Of a stretch of 48,840 nt of DNA, positions 26,737 to 35,826 are shown one piece after another. The stretch comes from Mangrovimonas sp. GTDB lineage: Bacteria; Bacteroidota; Bacteroidia; Flavobacteriales; Flavobacteriaceae. Every line of letters starts with the position of its first letter. Position 1 is the first letter of the stretch. The stretch spans positions 1 through 48,840 of the forward strand of contig JAGQZG010000001.1 in the NCBI GenBank assembly GCA_020435705.1. Reading direction: 5' to 3'. A model generated the notes under the pieces. The model was not told where the DNA came from. It searched no databases and saw only the letters and a list, made by a program, of their open reading frames with translations. The translations under genes and the position numbers were made by a program.

Positions 26737-27915
26737 TTATTTGAAGGCATTTAAACCCGTAATGTCCAGACCAGTGATAAGCAAATGGATGTCATGGGTG
26801 CCTTCATAGGTAATTACACTTTCCAGGTTCATGCTATGGCGCATGATGCTGTATTCGCCCGTAATACCCATGCCACCTAAGATCTGTCTGGCTTCACGAG
26901 CAATATTGATGGCCATTTCCACATTATTCCTTTTTGCCATGGATATTTGTGCCGAAGTGGCTTTGTTTTCATTTCTTAAAACCCCCAAACGCCAAGTTAG
27001 CAATTGGGCTTTGGTGATTTCGGTAATCATTTCGGCCAATTTCTTTTGCTGAAGTTGGAAAGATCCAATAGGTTTCCCAAATTGAAGACGCTCTTTGCTG
27101 TATCTTAAAGCAGTATCATAACAATCCATAGCCGCTCCAATAGCACCCCAAGCAATACCATAACGGGCAGAATCCAAGCAACCAAGCGGTGCTCCTAAAC
27201 CGGATTTGTTAGGTAAAAGGTTTTCTTTTGGAACTTTAACATTGTCAAAAATCAATTCACCAGTAGCCGAAGCTCTGAGGGACCATTTGTTGTGTGTCTC
27301 AGGGGTTGTGAAACCTTCCATGCCGCGCTCCACAATCAGTCCATGTATGCGGCCTTCTTCATTTTTGGCCCAAACCACTGCTACTTGGGCAAATGGCGCA
27401 TTGGAAATCCACATTTTGGCTCCATTCAACACGTAATGATCTCCCATATCCTTAAAGTTGGTTACCATACCGCCAGGATTACTGCCGTGGTCGGGTTCGG
27501 TCAAACCAAAGCAACCCATCCATTCACCCGAAGCGAGTTTTGGCAAATACTTTTGACGTTGTGCTTCGTTACCATACTTCCAAATAGGATACATGACCAA
27601 GGACGATTGAACAGACGCTGTGCTTCTCACACCGCTATCGCCACGCTCAATTTCTTGCATGATTAAGCCATAGGAAATTTGATCTAAACCGGCACCGCCA
27701 TATTCTACTGGAATGTAAGGGCCAAAAGCACCTATTTCGGCCAGACCATTGATGATTTGGTTAGGGAATTCGGCCTTTTGGGCATACTCTTCAATAATAG
27801 GAGAGACTTCACGTTTCACCCAAGTACGGGCAGCATCACGGACCAATTTATGTTCTTCAGAAAGTAATTCGTCTAAGTTGTAGTAATCAGGAGCTTCAAA
27901 AAGATCTGGTTTCAT
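26737..27915 (-). CDS. acyl-CoA dehydrogenase, glutaryl-CoA dehydrogenase-like
   Basis: The 392-aa protein has FGLTEPDHGSNPGGM and a C-terminal ITYEGT block with the catalytic Glu. The overall pattern resembles GcdH. Confidence 0.85.
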   Translation of the reverse strand: MKPDLFEAPDYYNLDELLSEEHKLVRDAARTWVKREVSPIIEEYAQKAEFPNQIINGLAEIGAFGPYIPVEYGGAGLDQISYGLIMQEIERGDSGVRSTASVQSSLVMYPIWKYGNEAQRQKYLPKLASGEWMGCFGLTEPDHGSNPGGMVTNFKDMGDHYVLNGAKMWISNAPFAQVAVVWAKNEEGRIHGLIVERGMEGFTTPETHNKWSLRASATGELIFDNVKVPKENLLPNKSGLGAPLGCLDSARYGIAWGAIGAAMDCYDTALRYSKERLQFGKPIGSFQLQQKKLAEMITEITKAQLLTWRLGVLRNENKATSAQISMAKRNNVEMAINIAREARQILGGMGITGEYSIMRHSMNLESVITYEGTHDIHLLITGLDITGLNAFK

Positions 27916-27935
27916 GTAGTTAATTTTTTGCTTTG

Positions 27936-27943
27936 CAAAAGTA
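27936..27943 (-). promoter_or_regulatory. putative -7 box for the acyl-CoA dehydrogenase gene
   Basis: Plus-strand caaaagta is tacttttg on the minus strand (TAnnTTTG). It lies 21 nt upstream of the ATG at 27915. Confidence 0.4.
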
Positions 27944-27973
27944 GCGAAAACGTTTTCAAAGCCCTAAAATATT

Positions 27974-28693
27974 CTACATTTTTAAATAGAACTCCTTTGT
28001 AAGCTCAATATACTCTTGAGTGTATTGATGTCTTGAAGTTTCTATAACCATTTCCGAAATTTGGCATTCTTTTTCTTGAAAGGAAAAGGCCAGTAAACTC
28101 CGTTTTATTTCAGAATCGGGAGTTCCTTTAATTCTGAGGATTTCAAGGGGAAACATACCAAAACTTTGGGCCAGAAAAACAACATTTTCTTCTTCTTTGT
28201 AGGGGATGATGAGATTGAAAATGCCGTTTTCTGAAAGCAACAATGAAACGCCTTCAATTAAATCTTCAAATGGCAAAGACGTATTTATACGAGCCTTATC
28301 CCGTTGTACATCACCCGAAGTAACGGTTTCAGAATAGAACGGCGGATTGGAAACAATGACATCATAAGTAACATCTTCCTCATACATTTCGGCAACAAAC
28401 TCGGTGAACTCAGCATGGTAACAAAATAAGCGGTCGCCCCAGGGAGAGGCTTCAAAGTTTTCTACGCATTGCTCGTGCGCTTTGGGATCAATTTCCACGG
28501 CGTCAATTTCTTGAGCATCACTCCTTTGTGCTAGCATCAAGGCAATGATGCCAGTGCCTGAGCCAATATCCAGAACAGTTCTGTGGTGGTTGTCAATTTT
28601 GGCCCAAGCTCCCAATAATACACCGTCTGTGCCAACTTTCATGGCGCATTGGTCCTGATTAATTGAAAATTGTTTGAATTTAAACGTTGACAC
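27974..28693 (-). CDS. tRNA1(Val) (adenine37-N6)-methyltransferase-like (TrmN6/YfiC)
   Basis: It has the SAM motif LDIGSGTGIIALMLA and the N6-adenine motif NPPF. The N-terminus FKFKQFSINQDQCAMKVGTDGVLLGAW is typical of the family. The start codon is GTG. Confidence 0.8.
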   Translation of the reverse strand: MSTFKFKQFSINQDQCAMKVGTDGVLLGAWAKIDNHHRTVLDIGSGTGIIALMLAQRSDAQEIDAVEIDPKAHEQCVENFEASPWGDRLFCYHAEFTEFVAEMYEEDVTYDVIVSNPPFYSETVTSGDVQRDKARINTSLPFEDLIEGVSLLLSENGIFNLIIPYKEEENVVFLAQSFGMFPLEILRIKGTPDSEIKRSLLAFSFQEKECQISEMVIETSRHQYTQEYIELTKEFYLKM

Positions 28694-28734
28694 TGGTCTT
28701 GGTTCTTTGTTCTATAAGCGAAGCGATTTTTATT

Positions 28735-29259
28735 CTATAGATATAAATCTATCAATCCTTCAGGTGTTTCCACAAAAATAGTTTTGTTTTTTTTGTCCAC
28801 TTTTAAAATGAACTCGTCATTCATGGGAATCAAGATTTCCGTTCCCTCTCGGTCAATTTCAAAAAGTGCTTGTGCAGTAGAATCGTTAATGCTTTTGATG
28901 ATCCCTACGTGGCCGAAATTTTTGTCGTGTATCTTGAAGCCAATGATTTCATGAAAATAGAATTTGTCGCCTTCTAATTTGGGAAGTAATTCAAGAGGAA
29001 GATACAAGTCGCATTTAATCAAGCTATCGGCATCCTGTTCTGAATCTACATCTTCAAATTTAAGACGAAGCAATTCCGATTTATGTAATTGGGAAGATTC
29101 AATGAAAAAAGGAACGAGGTTGTTGCGCAATTCAACAAAAATAGCGTCCATGTTTTCGTAAAGCTCAGGTTGGTCCGTGTCCAGTTTGGCCAGAACCTCT
29201 CCTTTAAAGCTGTACTTTTTAACAATCTTACCTAGATAAAAACAATCCTTTTTCTGCAT
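28735..29259 (-). CDS. rimM: ribosome maturation factor RimM
   Basis: The 174-aa protein has an N-terminal RimM barrel followed by a PRC barrel. It lies immediately downstream of rpsP, as in many bacteria. Confidence 0.85.
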   Translation of the reverse strand: MQKKDCFYLGKIVKKYSFKGEVLAKLDTDQPELYENMDAIFVELRNNLVPFFIESSQLHKSELLRLKFEDVDSEQDADSLIKCDLYLPLELLPKLEGDKFYFHEIIGFKIHDKNFGHVGIIKSINDSTAQALFEIDREGTEILIPMNDEFILKVDKKNKTIFVETPEGLIDLYL

Positions 29260-29321
29260 AATAAAAAATAAAAAACCCAGACGATAAATGCCTGGGTTAA
29301 AAGTATAAAAAAATTGATTTT

Positions 29322-29837
29322 TTATTCTTCTTCGTTTGAAGCTTCAACTTCTTGTGCAGGTGCTTCTTCAGCAACTTCTTCTTCCACTACTGGAGCGGCT
29401 GCAGCAATTCTAGCTTCGTTTACAGCTTTTTCAGCTTCTAAAGCTTTAGCTCTAGCCTCGGCGTTAGCTTTAGCCAAACCATCAGTTTTAGCTTGAACTC
29501 TCCCTGTTTTTTCTTCTAACCAAGCATTGAATTTCTCTTCAGCTTGCTCCTCAGTCAAAGCGCCTTTTCTAACACCACCAGCTAAGTGGTTTTTAAGTAA
29601 AGCGCCTTTGTAAGATAAGATAGCTCTAGCAGTATCAGTTGGTTGAGCACCATTCTGTAACCACTTGACGGCACCGTCAACATTCAAGTCAATAGTTGCA
29701 GGGTTTGTGTTTGGGTTGTAAGTACCTAATTTTTCAAGATATTTACCATCTCTTTTAGCACGCGCATCAGCGGCTACAATCCAGAAAAAAGGTTTTCCTT
29801 TTTTACCGTGTCTTTGTAATCTAATTTTTACTGGCAT
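29322..29837 (-). CDS. rpsP: 30S ribosomal protein S16 with an Ala/Glu-rich C-terminal extension
   Basis: The N-terminus is [32 protein letters not shown] tail of about 90 aa makes the protein 171 aa long, which I recall as common in Bacteroidota. Confidence 0.95.
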   Translation of the reverse strand: MPVKIRLQRHGKKGKPFFWIVAADARAKRDGKYLEKLGTYNPNTNPATIDLNVDGAVKWLQNGAQPTDTARAILSYKGALLKNHLAGGVRKGALTEEQAEEKFNAWLEEKTGRVQAKTDGLAKANAEARAKALEAEKAVNEARIAAAAPVVEEEVAEEAPAQEVEASNEEE

Positions 29838-29883
29838 AATGATTAAATAGTGAGGTTCACGACCTCTGTTATTAATTAGGGCG

Positions 29884-29891
29884 CAAAGATA
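29884..29891 (-). promoter_or_regulatory. putative -7 box for the rpsP-rimM operon
   Basis: Plus-strand caaagata is tatctttg on the minus strand (TAnnTTTG). It lies 47 nt upstream of the rpsP ATG. Confidence 0.45.
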
Positions 29892-29980
29892 CTACATTTT
29901 TTTATTTTTCGATTAGTTTGCTTTAAATATTTAAGTTTGCTTTATTTGTTGTACTTTTAAAGTTTATATACAGCATACAC

Positions 29981-30673
29981 ATGAAAAAAATTGCCTTATC
30001 ACTAAGTCTGTTAACCTGCCTATTTTTTGCCACCAATTGTGCTGAAGAAGTTGAATTTAATTCACCCGCCATCCAGGGAAATAAGGATGGTGTTTTGTGG
30101 AGAGCCGATTATTATGCCGCCGACATAGATTTTGGGGGCTTTTTAATTGAAGGCAAAAGAAGCTACCAAACAGTTCAGCTTATAACTGCAACAGATACCC
30201 GCGGGACATTCACTTTAGGAAACGGCAGTTCCAGTGAAGCTATTTTTATAGATAACGATGGGACCGTGTACTCTACTAACAATGAGCCAGATCCCAGTTT
30301 GACACTCTATCCTGCAGATGGGGAAATCATGGTTGAAGAGATTGACAACTCCGAACCCAAAAGAATTTCAGGAACCTTCTGGTTTAATGCTTTTTCTGAA
30401 GATGGAATGAAAACGGTTAATTTTAACCAAGGTGTTTTTTACAGAGTATCATTGCAAGGAGGCTTGGTGTCCGGTGGAAGTGGATGCATTGAAGCCACAG
30501 AAGCGACAACTGCCGCTGCTGCTGCCTATGCCGCCACTGATACGACAGATCCAAATTATACAGCTGTCTGTACTACATATAAAGAGGCTTTGTTGGCTCA
30601 AATAACTGCTTGTGGTGACACAGGAGGTGTTTTACAGACAATAGTAGATTCCTTGGGTGATTGCACACCTTAA
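29981..30673 (+). CDS. lipoprotein of unknown function
   Basis: It has a lipobox (FFATNC). The N-terminal region is predicted beta-rich and ends in GTFWFNAF. The tail is Ala/Thr-rich with 4 cysteines. I do not recognise a family with confidence. Confidence 0.6.
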   Translation: MKKIALSLSLLTCLFFATNCAEEVEFNSPAIQGNKDGVLWRADYYAADIDFGGFLIEGKRSYQTVQLITATDTRGTFTLGNGSSSEAIFIDNDGTVYSTNNEPDPSLTLYPADGEIMVEEIDNSEPKRISGTFWFNAFSEDGMKTVNFNQGVFYRVSLQGGLVSGGSGCIEATEATTAAAAAYAATDTTDPNYTAVCTTYKEALLAQITACGDTGGVLQTIVDSLGDCTP

Positions 30674-30698
30674 TCTTGATAAAAAATAATCCAGTAGG

Positions 30699-30726
30699 GC
30701 GCATCTTGAATAGGATGCGCTTTTTG
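30699..30726 (+). terminator. rho-independent terminator after the lipoprotein gene
   Basis: The hairpin is gcgcatc-(8 nt)-gatgcgc, followed by ttttt. Confidence 0.7.
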
Positions 30727-30728
30727 TT

Positions 30729-30761
30729 TATAACTGATTATAACTTTCAATTGCTATAACT
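30729..30761 (+). repeat. three direct TATAACT heptamers upstream of dnaE
   Basis: tataact occurs at 30729, 30739 and 30755, giving offsets of 10 and 16 nt. The last copy ends about 47 nt upstream of the dnaE ATG. Confidence 0.4.
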
Positions 30762-30807
30762 AGCATTCTTTGTAATTTTAGTTTCCTTTTTTCGAACAAT
30801 TACCTGT

Positions 30808-31380
30808 ATGTATTTAATTTTTGACACCGAAACCACTGGTTTGCCTAAGCGTTGGGATGCGCCCATTACCGATACCGATAATTGGCCGAGAGCCGTACAG
30901 ATCGCCTGGCAATTGCATGATGGTATGGGTAACTGTATTGAACATCAAGATTATTTGATTCAACCGGATGGTTTCAATATTCCCTATGATGCCGAAAAAA
31001 TCCATGGGATTTCTACAGAGTTGGCACAAGAGCAGGGGGTGCCGTTACAGCACGTACTGGAGAAGTTTAACCAAGCCCTTGAAAAAACAAAATTCATAGT
31101 TGGGCAAAATGTAGGGTTTGACGTCAATATAATGGGCTGTGAATTCTACCGTAGTGAGGTAGCCAACAAATTGCAGGAATTACCCGTTTTAGATACGTGT
31201 ACGGAGCATACAGCCGAGCTTTGTAAGATCCCAGGTGGTCGTGGAGGTAAATTCAAATTACCAACCTTAACGGAATTACACGAGTTTCTCTTCAACATAC
31301 CTTTTGCTGAAGCACATAATGCAACGGCAGACGTAGAAGCGACCACGAGATGTTTCTTTGAATTGATTCGCTTGGGAGAA
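30808..31380 (+). other. DnaQ/epsilon-like exonuclease domain within dnaE
   Basis: All DEDDh residues can be read directly: D6, E8, D105, H170 and D175 of the ORF. Confidence 0.85.
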
Positions 31381-34300
31381 TTTACCAAGGAAGAACTGGA
31401 TGTTGAAGCTGATTATTTCGAACAATTTTCTGAAGCCAATCCGAAGGAGATTGCCCTTATTGGGTTAAAACATATTAACCTTAAAAAAGAAAGTGACAAG
31501 ATACGCGAGCGTCTTAAAAAGACCCAAGATGCCGGTTTGTCTGAAGCCGAAATACGGGAGAATATTTCCGATTTGGCCGAGGTCGATTTTGTTCACCTTC
31601 ATAACCATTCACAATTTTCCATTCTGCAATCCACCATTAGCATTCCGGATTTGGTGCAGGCAGCGGGCAAGAATAATATGCCTGCGGTGGCTATGACCGA
31701 TCATGGAAATATGATGGGCGCTTTTCATTTTGTTAAGGAAATTTCCAACTACAACAAATCCATTGAAGTCAAAAAGAAGGAAGCCGAAGAGAAGAATGAG
31801 ATTTTCAACGGTCAGCCCATTAAACCTATCATTGGGTGCGAATTTCATATCTGTGAAAACCACAAGGATAAAACGGTGAAGGACAATGGCTATCAAGTGG
31901 TTCTTTTGGCAAAGAACAAAAGGGGCTATCATAACTTGGCCAAACTGTCTTCTTTGGCCTATACCGATGGGTTTTATTACGTACCCAGGATAGACAAAGA
32001 GTTGGTAAAACTGTACAAGCAAGATGTCTTGGTTTTAACAGGGAACCTGTATGGTGAAGTGCCAAGCAAGGTGTTGAATATAGGAGAAAATCAAGCCGAA
32101 GAAGCTTTGCTCTGGTGGAAAGATGTTTTTGGTGACGACCTATACATTGAGTTGATGCGTCATGGGCAGGAAGATGAAAATCGGGTTAACCAAACCCTGA
32201 TAGCATTTTCCAGGAAGCACGATGTTAAACTGATTGCAACAAACAATACCTATTATATTACGAAGGAAGATGCCAATGCGCATGATATTTTGTTGTGTGT
32301 TAAAGATGGCGAAAAGCAAGCCACGCCTATAGGTCGTGGTAGAGGCTATCGTTATGGCTTGCCCAATCAGGAGTATTATTTTAAATCTTCGGAAGAGATG
32401 AAAGATCTCTTTAAGGATATTCCTGAGGCTATTTACAACATTCAAGAAGTTGTAGATAAGATAGAAGCGTTTGAATTGGCTCGTGATGTTTTGCTTCCCA
32501 AATTTGACATTCCTGAAGAGTTCAAAAATCCGGAAGACGATAAAGATGGCGGCAAGCGAGGGGAAAATGCGTACTTGCGGCACCTTACCTATCAAGGAGC
32601 CGAAAAACGATATCCCGAACTCACTCAAGACATCAAAGAACGCATTGACTTCGAATTGGATGTTATTGAAAAAACGGGTTATCCGGGCTACTTTTTGATT
32701 GTAGAAGATTTTATTCGGGAAGCCCGTAATTTGGATGTTTCCGTTGGGCCTGGTCGGGGTTCGGCCGCTGGTTCGGTGGTAGCCTATTGTTTGTGGATCA
32801 CCAATATAGACCCTATTAAATACGATTTGCTGTTTGAGCGTTTCTTGAATCCGGATCGTGTGAGTATGCCCGATATTGATATTGATTTTGATGATGAAGG
32901 TAGAGGCCGGGTCATGGAGTATGTGATTAAAAAATACGGTTCCAGCCAAGTGGCACAAATTATAACTTACGGAACCATGGCGGCCAAGTCTTCCATACGG
33001 GATACTGCCAGAGTGCTGGATTTGCCTTTGGGGGATGCCGATAGACTTGCCAAGTTGATTCCCAATACGAAGTTGAACAAGATTTTTGGGGTTGATGAGA
33101 AGAAATTAAGCGCGCAATTCCGTGCCGAGGAAATGGAAAAAATCAATCAGCTTCTGAATATTTATGAAGGCGATGATCTGGAAGCCGAAACAGTGAAACA
33201 AGCCTGCGTGCTGGAAGGCTCAGTGAGAAATACAGGAATCCATGCATGCGGGGTGATTATTACGCCTGATGATATTACCAATTTTGTGCCTGTTGCCACG
33301 GCTAAGGATTCGGATTTATATGTCACGCAATTTGACAACTCGGTGGTGGAAAGTGCCGGTTTGCTCAAAATGGACTTTTTGGGACTAAAAACCTTAACAC
33401 TTATCAAGGATACCGTAAAAATTGTCAAGGCCAAGCACGGTATTGAACTCGACCCCGAGAATTTTCCATTAGACGATAAAGAAACGTACGAGTTGTTCCA
33501 ACGAGGCGAAACCGTTGGGATTTTTCAATATGAATCTCCTGGGATGCAAAAACACATGAAGGATTTAAAACCAACGGTTTTTGACGATTTGATTGCCATG
33601 AATGCGCTCTACCGTCCCGGTCCTATGGAATACATTCCTAGTTTTATTAAAAGAAAGCATGGTCAGGAAGACATTATTTACGACTTGCCTGACATGGAAG
33701 AATACCTTAAGGAAACCTACGGAATTACGGTGTACCAAGAGCAGGTGATGTTACTGTCCCAAAAACTGGCGGGCTTTAGCAAAGGTGATGCGGATGTATT
33801 GAGAAAAGCCATGGGTAAAAAGATTTTCGCTTTGCTTCAAAAGTTGAAGCCTCAATTTTTGGATGGTGGTGAAGCCAACGGACATCCAAGAGATGTTTTG
33901 GAAAAAATATGGAAAGATTGGGAAGCCTTTGCCAGTTACGCTTTCAACAAGTCGCATTCCACCTGTTATGCTTGGATTGCCTACCAAACAGCCTATTTGA
34001 AAGCACATTATCCTGCAGAATATATGGCAGCGGTACTTTCCAACAACATGAATGATATTAAACAGGTCACTTTTTTCATGGAAGAATGCAGGCGCATGAA
34101 ATTGAATGTGCTTGGGCCTGATGTGAATGAAAGTTATTATAAATTTTCGGTAAATAAAGACAATGCCGTGCGATTTGGAATGGGGGCGATTAAAGGCGTG
34201 GGGCATGGCGCTGTGCAAACCATTGTTGAGCACCGAAAAAAAGACGGCCCCTACAAGTCTATTTTTGATATGGCCAAGCGTATTGACTTGCGTGCAGCCA

Positions 34301-35190
34301 ATAAAAAGGCTTTTGAGAACTTGGCTTTTGCAGGCAGTTTTGATTGCTTTAAAGGCACCCATAGAGCGCAGTATTTTCACGATGAAGGTGATGGCATAAC
34401 CTTTTTGGAGAAAGCCATACGTTACGGTGCCAAGCATCAAGAGAACTCAAATTCGGCGCAAGTGAGTTTGTTTGGTGACGCCAGTGAAGTGCAAATTGCC
34501 GAACCACAGGTGCCACCTTGTGACGAATGGGGAACCATGGAGAAATTGGCAAGGGAAAAAGAAGTGGTAGGGATTTATATTTCGGGACATCCGTTGGACG
34601 ATTTCAAGATTGAAATGGACACGTTTTGTACCGCCACATTGGAAGTATTTTCCAATATGCACCAAATGATTAACAGGGAAGTAACCTTTAGTGGCGTAGT
34701 GACTGATGTGCAACACCGGGTTTCTAAAAACGGAAAAGGCTGGGCCAGTTTTTTTGTGGAAGATTATACGACCAGTCATGAATTTAGGATTTTTGGGGAA
34801 GACTATTTGAAGTTCAGGCACTTTTTAGTGAAAAATTCGTTTGTATATGTCCAGGCATTTATACGGGAAGGCTGGAAAAATAAAGAGACGGGTCAAGCGG
34901 GCGAACCTAGATTGCAGTTTAACAATTTCATGTTGTTGCAGGATGTGATGGAAGCGCGGGCCAAAAAGCTTTCGGTGAAGATGGAACTAAGCCAACTGAA
35001 GGAAGAGACCGTACAGCAGTTGGAAGACCTGTTTGAAATGCATAAAGGAAACCAAGCACTGAATTTTATTGTGTATGATGTAGAGGAAAAAATTAATTTG
35101 CAAATGCCCAGCAGGAGCCAGAAGGTGAAGATTTCGCAGGAGTTGTTGAACGAGATCAAGGGATTTGAACTGGACTACAAGTTGAATTGA
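30808..35190 (+). CDS. dnaE: DNA polymerase III alpha subunit with an N-terminally fused DEDDh 3'-5' exonuclease domain
   Basis: The protein is 1460 aa. Residues 1-190 carry Exo I (FDTETTGL), Exo II (GQNVGFDVNIM) and Exo III (HNATADVEAT). From about aa 267 it has a PHP domain (HLHNHSQFS), then the Pol III alpha palm, fingers and OB fold. Confidence 0.95.
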   Translation: MYLIFDTETTGLPKRWDAPITDTDNWPRAVQIAWQLHDGMGNCIEHQDYLIQPDGFNIPYDAEKIHGISTELAQEQGVPLQHVLEKFNQALEKTKFIVGQNVGFDVNIMGCEFYRSEVANKLQELPVLDTCTEHTAELCKIPGGRGGKFKLPTLTELHEFLFNIPFAEAHNATADVEATTRCFFELIRLGEFTKEELDVEADYFEQFSEANPKEIALIGLKHINLKKESDKIRERLKKTQDAGLSEAEIRENISDLAEVDFVHLHNHSQFSILQSTISIPDLVQAAGKNNMPAVAMTDHGNMMGAFHFVKEISNYNKSIEVKKKEAEEKNEIFNGQPIKPIIGCEFHICENHKDKTVKDNGYQVVLLAKNKRGYHNLAKLSSLAYTDGFYYVPRIDKELVKLYKQDVLVLTGNLYGEVPSKVLNIGENQAEEALLWWKDVFGDDLYIELMRHGQEDENRVNQTLIAFSRKHDVKLIATNNTYYITKEDANAHDILLCVKDGEKQATPIGRGRGYRYGLPNQEYYFKSSEEMKDLFKDIPEAIYNIQEVVDKIEAFELARDVLLPKFDIPEEFKNPEDDKDGGKRGENAYLRHLTYQGAEKRYPELTQDIKERIDFELDVIEKTGYPGYFLIVEDFIREARNLDVSVGPGRGSAAGSVVAYCLWITNIDPIKYDLLFERFLNPDRVSMPDIDIDFDDEGRGRVMEYVIKKYGSSQVAQIITYGTMAAKSSIRDTARVLDLPLGDADRLAKLIPNTKLNKIFGVDEKKLSAQFRAEEMEKINQLLNIYEGDDLEAETVKQACVLEGSVRNTGIHACGVIITPDDITNFVPVATAKDSDLYVTQFDNSVVESAGLLKMDFLGLKTLTLIKDTVKIVKAKHGIELDPENFPLDDKETYELFQRGETVGIFQYESPGMQKHMKDLKPTVFDDLIAMNALYRPGPMEYIPSFIKRKHGQEDIIYDLPDMEEYLKETYGITVYQEQVMLLSQKLAGFSKGDADVLRKAMGKKIFALLQKLKPQFLDGGEANGHPRDVLEKIWKDWEAFASYAFNKSHSTCYAWIAYQTAYLKAHYPAEYMAAVLSNNMNDIKQVTFFMEECRRMKLNVLGPDVNESYYKFSVNKDNAVRFGMGAIKGVGHGAVQTIVEHRKKDGPYKSIFDMAKRIDLRAANKKAFENLAFAGSFDCFKGTHRAQYFHDEGDGITFLEKAIRYGAKHQENSNSAQVSLFGDASEVQIAEPQVPPCDEWGTMEKLAREKEVVGIYISGHPLDDFKIEMDTFCTATLEVFSNMHQMINREVTFSGVVTDVQHRVSKNGKGWASFFVEDYTTSHEFRIFGEDYLKFRHFLVKNSFVYVQAFIREGWKNKETGQAGEPRLQFNNFMLLQDVMEARAKKLSVKMELSQLKEETVQQLEDLFEMHKGNQALNFIVYDVEEKINLQMPSRSQKVKISQELLNEIKGFELDYKLN

Positions 35191-35225
35191 CAGCTTGGTT
35201 TTGCGCAAAGGATAGCAGCGGCATC

Positions 35226-35290
35226 CCAAGACAAAGCAAAGCGTGTCTTGGATATAGCGTATAGCCTGACCCAGACAGTTGGTGTCTGGG
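35226..35290 (+). other. GC-rich twin hairpin element downstream of dnaE (terminator or small structured RNA)
   Basis: Hairpin 1 is ccaagac-(12 nt)-gtcttgg at 35226-35251. Hairpin 2 is cccagaca-(5 nt)-tgtctggg at 35270-35290. Neither is followed by a T-run, and the region is visibly more GC-rich than its flanks. Confidence 0.3.
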
Positions 35291-35379
35291 GTGCGCCCTA
35301 AAGAAGAGTAATAATTTGAAACAATGTACTTATAATGAAAACAAATAGTTGGGTTGTAAGTTTTGGAAAAATATTTGAC

Positions 35380-35387
35380 TAATTTTG
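35380..35387 (+). promoter_or_regulatory. putative -7 box for trxA
   Basis: taattttg matches TAnnTTTG and lies 41 nt upstream of the ATG at 35428. Confidence 0.4.
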
Positions 35388-35427
35388 CACAGTTAATAGA
35401 TTAAGAACGATTTAAAAATTTTATAAT

Positions 35428-35745
35428 ATGGCATTAGAAATAACAGATGCGACGTTTGAAGAAACCGTATTGAAAAGTGACAAGCCTGTAATGGTTGATT
35501 TTTGGGCAGCATGGTGTGGCCCTTGTAGAATGGTAGCTCCTATTATTGAGGAGTTGAGCAGCGAATATGAGGGAAAGGCAGTGATAGGTAAAGTGGACGT
35601 TGACAACAATCAAGAATTTGCAGCTAAGTTTGGAATTAGAAACATTCCTACTGTTTTGGTTTTCCAAAATGGTGAAGTAGTAGGAAGACAAGTGGGTGTT
35701 GCTCCTAAGAGTACTTACAGCGACGCTTTGGATTCTTTACTATAA
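35428..35745 (+). CDS. trxA: thioredoxin
   Basis: The 105-aa protein has the WCGPC active site and a classic TrxA layout. Confidence 0.95.
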   Translation: MALEITDATFEETVLKSDKPVMVDFWAAWCGPCRMVAPIIEELSSEYEGKAVIGKVDVDNNQEFAAKFGIRNIPTVLVFQNGEVVGRQVGVAPKSTYSDALDSLL

Positions 35746-35770
35746 GAAAACAATTATAAAAGAAATGATA

Positions 35771-35806
35771 AAAGGTTTGCCTCTGTGGTAAACCTTTTTT
35801 TATTTT
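35771..35806 (+). terminator. rho-independent terminator after trxA
   Basis: The stem aaaggttt/aaaccttt is extended by inner gcc/ggt pairs and followed by a T-rich tail. Confidence 0.7.
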
Positions 35807-35826
35807 AGAGGAAAATAAAATATAAG

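Noticed and set aside
29314-29496. A 60-aa Ala/Ser-rich plus-strand ORF.
   Set aside because: It lies antisense to the Ala/Glu-rich C-terminal extension of rpsP. The low-complexity GC-rich codons keep the opposite frame open.
32140-32958. A 272-aa minus-strand ORF inside dnaE. Further long antisense ORFs lie at 33751-34440, 31609-32022 and 34447-34821.
   Set aside because: The two longest (32140-32958 and 33751-34440) are codon-aligned with the sense frame. In that frame only sense TTA, CTA or TCA codons create antisense stops, so long shadow ORFs are expected. The translations are low-complexity with no recognisable motifs, and the sense strand encodes an unmistakable DnaE.
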